Shown here: one piece after another, positions 55,907 through 63,847 of the stretch | Layout: the number at the start of each line of letters is the position of its first letter | Numbering within the stretch: the stretch's first letter is position 1 | Virus record (IMG/VR): IMGVR_UViG_3300047440_000434 | Span: 311 to 64,310 of that record | DNA from: a virus | Lineage: Duplodnaviria > Caudoviricetes | Strand: one strand, 5' to 3' | Length of the DNA: 64,000 nucleotides | Translations under genes and position numbers: made by a program | Notes under the pieces: generated by a model | What the model was told of the DNA's origin: nothing | Databases searched by the model: none | The model's input: only the letters and a program-made list of their open reading frames with translations

Positions 55907-57073
55907 TCAGGCCCGCGCCGCGATCAGCAGGTCCTTGTTCTTGATCAGCCACTGGCTGAACAATGGCGAGTTCGCCACCATCTTGGCGCGTTGCTGGTGT
56001 TTGGTGATGGTGCCCACCGCCAGCGTCTGCATCTCGATGTTGAGCCGCCCGATGTAGCGGATAATCTTGTCCCCATTGGTTGGTGACACGTTATGCGCCA
56101 GCATGTGCGCGCACACCATCTGCGCGTCCTTGGTGGCGGGGAGCTTCGCCGTCATCGGGTCCTTCTCGATGTCGGCGATGTCGGGGAGCATGTCGGCGAA
56201 TTTGATGTGCGTGAAGTATTGCGCGCTCTCGCCGCCGCCGATCCAGCCCTGGCACACCTCACGCGCCACGTTGTCCGACGGTAGTAAACCACGCTGCTCA
56301 TCCTCGTCCGAGCGCAGCGCCCGCAGATCCCGGTCCATTAGTATGAGCGTGCGAGGGGTGCAGAAAGGCCCGTCACCGGGAGGAACTTCCTCGCGGAACA
56401 CCAAGTGTGGGTTCTTCTCCGCGAAGCTGACCGTGAGATAGTGCGGCTGCTCCTCCAAAGGCAGGTTGTTCACCCAGTCCAGCCACGTCGGCAGGTGCGC
56501 CTCGATGTTCACCTCCATCCGCCTGTTGGTGACGAAAGTTAACGCCCTCATCACGCCCGAGCGGTCGCTCAGGCGGTTGCTGGCGGCGATGACGCGCCAT
56601 CCCAGGGGAAGCCGCGTGTTGCCCACTTCGCCGTGCAGCACCAGTTCCGCCGCTGCTTTCTTGCAGTCATCGTCGGCCTGACCGAACTCATCGAGGAAGA
56701 CGATGCCCACACGCGGCATCGCGCCGTCCCAGGTGCCAGACAGATATTTACTACCGTCGGGAGTAAACACCACCATGGTGGCCTTGGTCGGATACCACGG
56801 CGGGGTCGAGAACACCGTGTCGAGCCCCGTCGGGGTCTTCTGCGGGATCATAAACCCGCGCACGTCGATGCTCTGGATGGTGGCGAGCATCAGGGTGGTC
56901 AGGCCCACGGGTTCGTTCAGCGCCCTGGCGAGCGCGAAGCCGACGTCATCGACCGTGCTGGACTTGCCCACACCCGGTCCCGACTTCCACTCCATGGCGT
57001 TGGCCCGCTTACCCGCCTTGAGGGCGGCGATATGGGTGCGGACGGCGACCTGGAGAGCTTGCGTGAGGTTCAT
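55907..57073 (-). CDS. MoxR-like AAA+ ATPase
   Basis: GPGVGKS, VFLDEF, VIAASN, NRR, TPRT. Confidence 0.88.
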   Translation of the reverse strand: MNLTQALQVAVRTHIAALKAGKRANAMEWKSGPGVGKSSTVDDVGFALARALNEPVGLTTLMLATIQSIDVRGFMIPQKTPTGLDTVFSTPPWYPTKATMVVFTPDGSKYLSGTWDGAMPRVGIVFLDEFGQADDDCKKAAAELVLHGEVGNTRLPLGWRVIAASNRLSDRSGVMRALTFVTNRRMEVNIEAHLPTWLDWVNNLPLEEQPHYLTVSFAEKNPHLVFREEVPPGDGPFCTPRTLILMDRDLRALRSDEDEQRGLLPSDNVAREVCQGWIGGGESAQYFTHIKFADMLPDIADIEKDPMTAKLPATKDAQMVCAHMLAHNVSPTNGDKIIRYIGRLNIEMQTLAVGTITKHQQRAKMVANSPLFSQWLIKNKDLLIAARA

Positions 57074-57094
57074 ATAGTTTCACTCCTGTAGTAA

Positions 57095-57307
57095 TTAACG
57101 AGGACTGGCGAGGAAGCTCCACAAAAGCACGCCCACGACCGCCATGATGGCGAAGCCGAGGATAGCCACGATAAACGGATGCAGCACGAGCCCGAGCACG
57201 CCGTAGACCATTGTCGCCCCGTAATACATGATCACGAGGAAGACAGACACGAGGATAAACCCGACTATGGGCGGCGTGTTGTTCGGCGCGGGATCATTCG
57301 TTTCCAT
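57095..57307 (-). CDS. Two-TM membrane protein
   Basis: Two hydrophobic helices; bounded by motif copies. Confidence 0.7.
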   Translation of the reverse strand: METNDPAPNNTPPIVGFILVSVFLVIMYYGATMVYGVLGLVLHPFIVAILGFAIMAVVGVLLWSFLASPR

Positions 57308-57313
57308 TTCCTT

Positions 57314-57565
57314 TCACTCCTGTATTAAAGTTTCAATTATCGCCAGCAACACCAGCGATGTCTCGTCGAACCGGACCACGCGCCCGGCTGGGCGACGCTG
57401 GGGCGCGAGCGGTATCACGGCGACGCTCCCGCCCGGATATCGCCAGCCGTCCGCGTATAACCCGCGCAGCCACGTCTCCAGCGCGAGTGCCGCCGTGTCC
57501 GCCGTGATCCAGCCGGACGCGGGCATACCATCACCGACGTATTCGGCGATCACGAACCAGTTCAT
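57314..57565 (-). CDS. Small early protein, paralog of 57575-57859
   Basis: Ends LIQE* inside a motif copy. Confidence 0.7.
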   Translation of the reverse strand: MNWFVIAEYVGDGMPASGWITADTAALALETWLRGLYADGWRYPGGSVAVIPLAPQRRPAGRVVRFDETSLVLLAIIETLIQE

Positions 57566-57574
57566 CGGTCTTAT

Positions 57575-57859
57575 TCACTCCCGTATTAAACTGTTGATCT
57601 CATCCATGAACTCCCGTTTTATCATGGCGACGATGGCGTGCACGGCCAGTGAGTGCCGAGGTAGCGTCACGGTATTCTCATGGCTGGCCAGCGCGTCGCC
57701 GAGTGAGGGCCACGCTGATATCGCATCTCCGTTCCACGCATACCCGGCTGAGTACGCGAGCCGCAGCCATGCCTCGACGGCACCCATGGCGTCATCCGCT
57801 TCCACCCATTTCGATGCTCCGCCACCCTCTGGGTAAACCGTCCCGACGTACCAGTCCAT
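57575..57859 (-). CDS. Small early protein, paralog of 57314-57565
   Basis: Ends LIRE* inside a motif copy. Confidence 0.7.
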   Translation of the reverse strand: MDWYVGTVYPEGGGASKWVEADDAMGAVEAWLRLAYSAGYAWNGDAISAWPSLGDALASHENTVTLPRHSLAVHAIVAMIKREFMDEINSLIRE

Positions 57860-57882
57860 CTCCTTTCACTCCCGTATTAAAC

Positions 57883-58014
57883 TCATTTGCAGGGTTGTGT
57901 CGGTGCCGTATTGGAGGGCACACCGGGTTGCGGGGGGAAATACAGGGGCAGCATCACATGCTGTTGCCACTGGGCCAGCATCAGATACGATGCCAGCGTC
58001 AACTCAATCATCAT
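57883..58014 (-). CDS. Small hypothetical protein (43 aa; not in ORF track)
   Basis: MMIELTLASYLMLAQWQQH...; GGAG SD. Confidence 0.45.
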   Translation of the reverse strand: MMIELTLASYLMLAQWQQHVMLPLYFPPQPGVPSNTAPTQPCK

Positions 58015-58195
58015 AATCTCCATCCTCCTTCGCCATCGCGATAAGCACCTTACTCACACGCTCCAACCACGGGATGAAGCGGGGATCGTCCGTCAATGAT
58101 CGCGCACCCTCGACGGTGCGGGTCAGGCCGCGCACATGATTGATCTGCGCCTCGACCGTCCGATACGCGAGCACCTCGTCCATCACGTTGCTCAT
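58004..58195 (-). CDS. Small early protein
   Basis: SD from the motif at 58199-58215. Confidence 0.65.
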   Translation of the reverse strand: MSNVMDEVLAYRTVEAQINHVRGLTRTVEGARSLTDDPRFIPWLERVSKVLIAMAKEDGDYDD

Positions 58196-58199
58196 TGTT

Positions 58200-58361
58200 T
58201 TACTCCCGTATTAAACTACAGTCGTGCGCGACGTAGCCATCACATGGGATGTCGCACTCAACCTCGGCGTATGCCATGTCGCGTGCTTCCTGCTCATTCT
58301 CCGCTTCATAGTCAGCAGCATAGTCACGGATGATGTAGGTTTTCACCATATATTTCGGCAT
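58200..58361 (-). CDS. Small acidic early protein (53 aa; not in ORF track)
   Basis: MPKYMVKTYIIRDYAADYEAENEQEARDMAY...SLIRE*; motif at both ends. Confidence 0.65.
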   Translation of the reverse strand: MPKYMVKTYIIRDYAADYEAENEQEARDMAYAEVECDIPCDGYVAHDCSLIRE

Positions 58362-58366
58362 TGGTT

Positions 58367-58552
58367 TCACTCCCGTATTAAATTAAACGTATCACACACC
58401 TCGGCCAGCGCGGCGATGCGCACCATGTCGCGCTCCATGGCGAGCAGGGGTTCGCGCAGGTGCTGGCCCAGACCCTGCGTGTTCGCCATGTCGCGATAGC
58501 GGTCGGCGGCGGCGAGCAGCCCGGTTATCAGGTGGTCCTTGTTTACGTCCAT
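58367..58552 (-). CDS. Small early protein
   Basis: Start MDVNK behind the motif SD; ends NLIRE*. Confidence 0.65.
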   Translation of the reverse strand: MDVNKDHLITGLLAAADRYRDMANTQGLGQHLREPLLAMERDMVRIAALAEVCDTFNLIRE

Positions 58553-58676
58553 CGTTTTACTCCCGTAATAGGTGGTCCCCGCCTCCCACACCCGTTCACT
58601 GGTGGAGAGCGCCGCATGGGGTCGATCCCGGTCAACATGCGGTCGAGCGTGGTAAGACGGCGGGGGTAGCCACTGG

Positions 58677-58916
58677 CTACGCTTGTTCCGTGGCCCGCTC
58701 CAATGCCGCCATGACCCTGGCCTTCGTCACCTCCTCGGGCAACAGGTCGCGATACTGGACCACGCCGCACGCGGCGAGCCATGTGTCGAGGTTGAACCGG
58801 GGGTTGTCGCGTTTCAGCGACCTGCCCAGGGCGTGCGCCGCCACGGACCTGATCAGGGGGCTCTCGATGTCAGCGAGCCCGGCGGCGAGCGTGACGTAGT
58901 GGCGTTTGGTCATCAT
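58677..58916 (-). CDS. Small early protein
   Basis: MTKRHYVTLA...DNPRFNLDTWLAACG, a recurrent small phage family. Confidence 0.7.
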   Translation of the reverse strand: MMTKRHYVTLAAGLADIESPLIRSVAAHALGRSLKRDNPRFNLDTWLAACGVVQYRDLLPEEVTKARVMAALERATEQA

Positions 58917-58917
58917 G

Positions 58918-59259
58918 TTATTTCACTCCTGTCGTAAATTTACTCGTGTCGGGCTCGCGAAGCGCGAACTCGATGGGCGGGGGGTTGTCCCTACGTTGAT
59001 AGCCAACCCAGTGACTGGCCCATATGGTTTCGAGGCAGCCCGTGCGGTCGTGCAACTCGATGCGAGCGATTGAGCGGGCGTTGCGGGCGACCATGGGCGC
59101 TTCGGCCAGATCGCAGGGGTTATCGGACTGCGCCGCGCATGTGATACGCGGGGGCTCGCCCCTGGGCGTGTGCCATGTGACCATTATGCGGTAGGTTTTG
59201 GTGGGCGTCGGCCACTCGGCATCGTAGGTGCGCGCGCGGCCAGCGTTGCGGTAGTTCAT
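58918..59259 (-). CDS. Hypothetical early protein
   Basis: Ends FTTGVK*, encoded by the motif. Confidence 0.55.
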   Translation of the reverse strand: MNYRNAGRARTYDAEWPTPTKTYRIMVTWHTPRGEPPRITCAAQSDNPCDLAEAPMVARNARSIARIELHDRTGCLETIWASHWVGYQRRDNPPPIEFALREPDTSKFTTGVK

Positions 59260-59483
59260 CAGCGTGCCCCCGGTTCATTCGATGCCGCCCAGCCCGGCAC
59301 CGGCCTCGGCCCGATCATCGGGGCGATGCGTATGACCCGCGCGCCGTGCAGCTTATCGCGCGGGTCGGTGCGCTCATCGCATCGACGCAGGGCGTAGGTG
59401 CACGCGTTGTGATAATCCTCGAAGTCGCTGCGCCGCCACACCCAGTCGCCGTCTACACATTCCCACGTTATCTCATAGTTCAT
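59259..59483 (-). CDS. Hypothetical early protein
   Basis: Start MNYEIT behind the motif SD at 59487-59503. Confidence 0.6.
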   Translation of the reverse strand: MNYEITWECVDGDWVWRRSDFEDYHNACTYALRRCDERTDPRDKLHGARVIRIAPMIGPRPVPGWAASNEPGAR

Positions 59484-59505
59484 TGTTTTACTCCCGTAAT
59501 AATGT

Positions 59506-59967
59506 TCAGCGCACCCGTTGCGGATTGCGCCATCGTATGGCCCACGAGTCCGGCCCATCACACTTCAGGCAGATGCGCGTCCAATCGGTAAGGAACTCGG
59601 TGATCGGTTTGTACACCCGGCACATGCGGCACATGCGATGCGAGAGCCGGGGGCCGGTGTTCTCTTTCTGCCCGCGCTGCTCGCGGTAACGCTCGCGGTA
59701 GTATTTGTTGCGGCCCTCGCGGGTCATCGTGATCGCGGGTTCGCCGCTCGCCTTACGCTCGGCTTCGAGCAGTTTCACGCTACCGGATAGGCTACGCATC
59801 ACACGTTTGAGTTTACAGTGCAGGCAAACCTTATGCCGATGCGTTTCATAGTCCGCGTTGACACGATATTCTCTACAGTTGCGACACTTGCGCCCCGGAT
59901 TGTTAGCGTCGAAGCGGAGCGTGTTGGTCTCGAAGGGGGGTGGAGAGGGTAGTGTGGGTTTCTTCAT
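59506..59967 (-). CDS. Zn-finger protein (four CxxC)
   Basis: CRNC, CLHC, CRMC, CLKC; start uncertain. Confidence 0.55.
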   Translation of the reverse strand: MKKPTLPSPPPFETNTLRFDANNPGRKCRNCREYRVNADYETHRHKVCLHCKLKRVMRSLSGSVKLLEAERKASGEPAITMTREGRNKYYRERYREQRGQKENTGPRLSHRMCRMCRVYKPITEFLTDWTRICLKCDGPDSWAIRWRNPQRVR

Positions 59968-60301
59968 GGTGCGGTAGATCCTTATGTCGGGGTCAGGGTT
60001 GGAGCGATTGTTTGTTACTCCGGTATTAAACAAAGGCACAACTCGACAGCGCCAGATCATGGCTATTATGGACAGAATGTCATTTTCAGGTGTCATTCCC
60101 TGCCAAGCAAAGTCGAGCACGGGACAATGGTCGATCCCGAATAAGTGATTGATCGAACGCGATAATTCGCGGCGGCTTGCTATACTGTTTGTGGTGTTGC
60201 CACAAACAGGAGGGCTTAGGAACCAGGGGGCATAGAGAGTGCGCGACATGGCAGTCCTCACGCGTAACGTGATATGTTTGGTGCAGCTTCACATGGCAAT
60301 C

Positions 60302-60342
60302 ATTATTTATTTATATATAATTTTAATAATATCAATAACTTA
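60302..60342. other. Extreme AT-rich tract (candidate origin unwinding element or promoter)
   Basis: 39 of 41 bases are A/T in a GC-rich genome; lies in a non-coding gap of about 650 bp. Confidence 0.5.
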
Positions 60343-60621
60343 GAGCGCGGTCGAGCCCAGCAAAAGTGCTGCAATTTCTTGGTCGAGCACGTCGGATCAA
60401 TGGGTTACCTTGCGGCACTCGATCCATGCGGCGCGGAAAACATTTGTTAGTTGCGGGCGTGCACCGGATCATTCGATGATCCGGCCCTGGCCCTACATAT
60501 TCACTCGCTTTGTCTAGCGTGCGCACGCTAACGCGCACGTTAGAGCAAGCGAGCGGGGGGTATCATCCCCCCGCCGCTCATACCCACACACTAGTGTGGA
60601 AAGTTACTACCCGTAGTAAAC

Positions 60622-61575
60622 TCAGGCCACCAGCAGGGACGTCATCACCTGACGCTCGATCAGGTTGGCGCTCGCGGCGGCACGCGCCGCCGCGTCACCG
60701 ATCAGGCTATCAAACTCATCGTAGTCCAGCACGCCCTCGGCGACATCGGCTTCCGCTTGCGCGGAAGCCTCAGCAGGGGCAGGAGCGGCGATGACAGGCG
60801 CGGGGGCTTCCACTACCGGCGGCGGCGTAAGCGCCGCCTGAGAGGCAAGCAGGGTCTTACGCGCGGCAAGCAGTTCCTCGGTCGTGATCGTGCGGAGATA
60901 CTCGGCGGCGGTTTGCAGTTCCTCCATCCCGAAGTCCGCGTGGAAGGCGTCGATGCTCGCGATGATGGTCTTGAGGCGCGCGGCCACCTTGGTGGCGTTG
61001 TGGTCCGGGTCGTTCGCCACCGCGTAGTCCACGAGGTCCTGCTTGGACATGCTCCCGTTGAGCGTGCCATCCTTCACGGCGCGGGCGACATTCATCAGCA
61101 GGTGGTAGAACCTGCTCTGCCACTTGCGAACCGGGGTTTTGATCGCGTCGCGATCCTCACGCTCGACCGATGCGAGCAACTCAGTCTCATCGGCCCATGC
61201 CTCATCGCAGATTTCCCGCAGGTTCGGCAGGTAGCCGCGAACCTTGGGGCTCGCGAAGGTCTTCATTTCGGAGATGAACACGCCCACGCTCTTGGCGCTG
61301 CGCGATGCGTCGCCGCCCGATGCGTTGCCCATTTTCGCGGCACGCTCGCAAGCCTGCGCCACTTCGCCGTTGGTCCAGTCCTCGGCGTGCGCCATCGCGG
61401 CCACGTCCGTTACCACGCTGAGCCGGGTATTGCTCCCGTCACGCGATGCCTCTTGCATCGCCTCTTGCGCGTCTTCCATGCGCTGCGTGGGTTCGGCGAC
61501 AGCCGAGCACGCGGCGCGGATGCGGTGCGCGATATCGTCAACGCGGTCGGATACCATCGGGGTTGATTTGGCCAT
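60622..61575 (-). CDS. Hypothetical early protein (317 aa, helical)
   Basis: Well-biased codons; motif copies at both ends. Confidence 0.75.
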   Translation of the reverse strand: MAKSTPMVSDRVDDIAHRIRAACSAVAEPTQRMEDAQEAMQEASRDGSNTRLSVVTDVAAMAHAEDWTNGEVAQACERAAKMGNASGGDASRSAKSVGVFISEMKTFASPKVRGYLPNLREICDEAWADETELLASVEREDRDAIKTPVRKWQSRFYHLLMNVARAVKDGTLNGSMSKQDLVDYAVANDPDHNATKVAARLKTIIASIDAFHADFGMEELQTAAEYLRTITTEELLAARKTLLASQAALTPPPVVEAPAPVIAAPAPAEASAQAEADVAEGVLDYDEFDSLIGDAAARAAASANLIERQVMTSLLVA

Positions 61576-61624
61576 GGTGTGTTACTCCGGTATTAAAGTT
61601 GAGGGTCCAAGCAATGCGCTTGCT

Positions 61625-61650
61625 ATTGCGCGCGGTTAACCGCGCGCAAT
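61625..61650. repeat. Perfect 26-bp palindrome
   Basis: ATTGCGCGCGGTTAACCGCGCGCAAT, extending imperfectly over 61614-61661. Confidence 0.85.
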
Positions 61651-61660
61651 CGTAAGAGCA

Positions 61661-61840
61661 TCAATCAGTGATGCGATTGTGCCAAGGCAGCGCCATGAAA
61701 CCGCAGACGCTGATGGTGGCGTCATCGGGGTATGCTTCGAGAGGTTCGGCCGGATCGAAGTCCTCTTGATCCGGCGACAGTCTGTTTAATACCGTAGTAT
61801 CAATCAGGAACGTCATAGCGTCGAAGTCGAAGGTTTCCAT
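61661..61840 (-). CDS. Small acidic protein
   Basis: AAGGA SD, start METFDF. Confidence 0.5.
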   Translation of the reverse strand: METFDFDAMTFLIDTTVLNRLSPDQEDFDPAEPLEAYPDDATISVCGFMALPWHNRITD

Positions 61841-61928
61841 TGAAGTTTTCCTTACTTGCGCGGGAGTAGCATGATGATGACGGGGGAAAGCACGCTGACG
61901 ATGAGCATCGTCATATGAAGTGTGAACA

Positions 61929-62072
61929 TCAGGCACCTTTGCTAATGAAGAAAGACGCGCCGAAGCGGCCAACGCGTATGAAGCGAAGCCCACCCACCTT
62001 GCGATAGGTGCAACGCGGCCAGCACAGCGGCGCGATGATGGACGTAAGTCCGAGCAGCATTGGAAGTGTCAT
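61929..62072 (-). CDS. Small protein
   Basis: GAGGA SD, start MTLPM; KVGGLRFIRVGRFGASF. Confidence 0.5.
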   Translation of the reverse strand: MTLPMLLGLTSIIAPLCWPRCTYRKVGGLRFIRVGRFGASFFISKGA

Positions 62073-62073
62073 G

Positions 62074-62322
62074 TTATCCTCTTGCTCCGATGAAAGCGCG
62101 CGCCACGTCCGGCGCACTTGTTATGCCTTTGCAAGCACCTGTTGATCCGCCCATCATGTTGCCCTTGAGCTTCCATGTATTGGACATAGGACCGGCTGCG
62201 TATTTCTTGATTTTGAACCGTTCGGGGTAAACCGTGGGCTCGCGTTCGCTTAACGGCGCGGCGCAATAGATCGGTTTGAACTGATCTATCACAACGCGCT
62301 TTTCTGGGTATGGTTTGAACAC
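62074..62322 (-). CDS. Small basic protein (first early gene?)
   Basis: SD from the motif at 62325-62341. Confidence 0.5.
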   Translation of the reverse strand: MFKPYPEKRVVIDQFKPIYCAAPLSEREPTVYPERFKIKKYAAGPMSNTWKLKGNMMGGSTGACKGITSAPDVARAFIGARG

Positions 62323-63184
62323 TGGTTGCTCCCGTAGTAAATCGAAGACATCAGTCAGAACGTATTGACCGCGGGAGCAACGCTATTGGCGCGCCGTTAG
62401 ACTGGCGCGCCATGCGTTAGGCTTAGGCGTTAGGGGTTGTGGCACTTTGTGGTCTCGATCCCTCCGCACTGGGTATGCCGCTTTATTGTTCGCTGATGTA
62501 GCGTCCAATCGCGTCCCGCCGGAACCCATTTGGCAATGTGATTTGTCATTGCCGGGCAAAGCCGTTGAAAGCTAAGCCGATTGAGGGACCTACTCGTTTT
62601 TATCGTAAGGTTCCGAGCGAACCTGACCACGCGCGGAGACTAAATTTCCCGCAATTTAATACCGTAGTAGCGTGTCAGGCTACTAGATACCGTGGCATTT
62701 GGGCTACTCTGGCGTTAAGACGCGCAGTTCCCTACTCCACCCCGTTTTCAGTCGCTCGTCATCGCGTGCTCGCATAGTCGGCAAAGTAGATTGCGAGCAC
62801 GACCCAACTTAGGCCACAGGGTTTGCGCGTCCCCAGCGGGGGTGCGCTATGCCAGTCACGACGCATCGTGACCGGAGGCGAACGCTGGTAGCGACATCCC
62901 GTTGCGCCGGGGGCTTTCCACACCTTGCGGGGGCGGATTAAATACCGGCATAACAGCGGCAGACGGTGGCCCACCCCCCACCCCCCATCTGTCCAAGGGG
63001 GGGCCCCCGGCCCCACCGCCTTTAGGTTCTCCCCCTCTACGTGACTGCCCTTTTTCAAATATCCACACCTATGAAACTGTTGCGCCACAAAAATAAAATC
63101 CAGGGCATTTTTAGAAACCACATTACATCTCTTGCGGTAGCGGATCTTTCTGAGCTATGAAGCGTTCACGCTTGACACCCCCCT

Positions 63185-63847
63185 ATGGAGGACTCGATGG
63201 CCCACAAACCCGACGACAAAAACGGCGACAAGAAACACGATACCAAAGCGGAACATAAGGCCGACGCGCCCAAATCCCCGTTGACCCACGGCGATGTCAG
63301 ACCCGTTGAGCGGCGGGATACCAGCCCGGCTGGGAGCACGCGCGAGGTGGCAAGGGAGGGCGAACCGCCCACCACGCATCCCACGGTCCTCTCGCCCACC
63401 AGCGACCAGCTTCAGTATGTGGTCGAGACCCACGCCACCATCTTCTCGCCGGACGAACTGTCGGTGCTGGCGGCGGCTGTCACCGAACTGAAGGACTACG
63501 AGGTCCTGACGGCACCCCCGCCGCCACCGGTCAACCGCGACGTCCCCGCCATGTGGCAGGAAGGCCCCTTGCTCACGTGCACCATGGGCAACTGGGAGGG
63601 CGAGCCAACCCAGTACACCTACGACTGGCATCGGGACGGCACGTTCGTCGTCGGCGGCGCGGCCAGCACCTACACCGTCATGACCGAGGATGTCGGCACC
63701 ACGTTCACCTGCGTGGTGACCGCCAGCAACGGCAGCGGGGCCACCCAGGCACCGCCCAGCGTCCCATGCGTGGTGACGGAGTTCGTCGGCACTCGTGCCG
63801 CCAAAGACCCGCCGCCCGCTGACCCAACGCCCGCTCGTGCCCGATAA
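63185..63847 (+). CDS. Protein with C-terminal Ig-like domain
   Basis: PVN...LTCTMGNW..EPTQYTYDW.RDG...YTV...DVG..FTCVVTASN. Confidence 0.75.
   Translation: MEDSMAHKPDDKNGDKKHDTKAEHKADAPKSPLTHGDVRPVERRDTSPAGSTREVAREGEPPTTHPTVLSPTSDQLQYVVETHATIFSPDELSVLAAAVTELKDYEVLTAPPPPPVNRDVPAMWQEGPLLTCTMGNWEGEPTQYTYDWHRDGTFVVGGAASTYTVMTEDVGTTFTCVVTASNGSGATQAPPSVPCVVTEFVGTRAAKDPPPADPTPARAR

Larger units (their letters stand above)
1559..62671. repeat. Dispersed 17-bp quasi-palindrome TTTACT(A/C)CNG(G/T)AGTAAA, about 50 copies
   Basis: Copies start at 1559, 2811, 5984, 6394, 8282, 11773, 13830, 15228, 18177, 19091, 20542, 24161, 25080, 26373, 28042, 32186, 34469, 36924, 38358, 39671, 39967, 41520, 41987, 43572, 45878, 47042, 47826, 49256, 50465, 52889, 53436, 54313, 54648, 55486, 55840, 56747, 57079, 57313, 57574, 57865, 58199, 58366, 58556, 58922, 59487, 60014, 60603, 61581, 61785, 62325, 62655 (some degenerate). 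Confidence 0.92.

Noticed and set aside
58590-58632. tRNA-like fragments (CTGGTGGAGAGC, GGGGTCGATCCC)
   Set aside because: No room for an anticodon arm and no acceptor stem
57079-59503. Regularly recurring repeats resembling a CRISPR array
   Set aside because: Repeats are 17 bp and degenerate, and the intervals are 170-560 bp protein-coding genes. There is no cas operon; the Cas4-like nuclease is a routine phage replication gene.
59968-60538. ORF extensions and short ORFs in the AT-rich gap
   Set aside because: Atypical codon usage and no RBS; treated as non-coding
1559-62671. The 17-bp motif as merely a Shine-Dalgarno or sigma70 promoter, or a known LexA/CtrA/parS/dif site
   Set aside because: Many copies are intragenic and lack GGAG while keeping dyad symmetry; the sequence does not match those consensus sites as I know them
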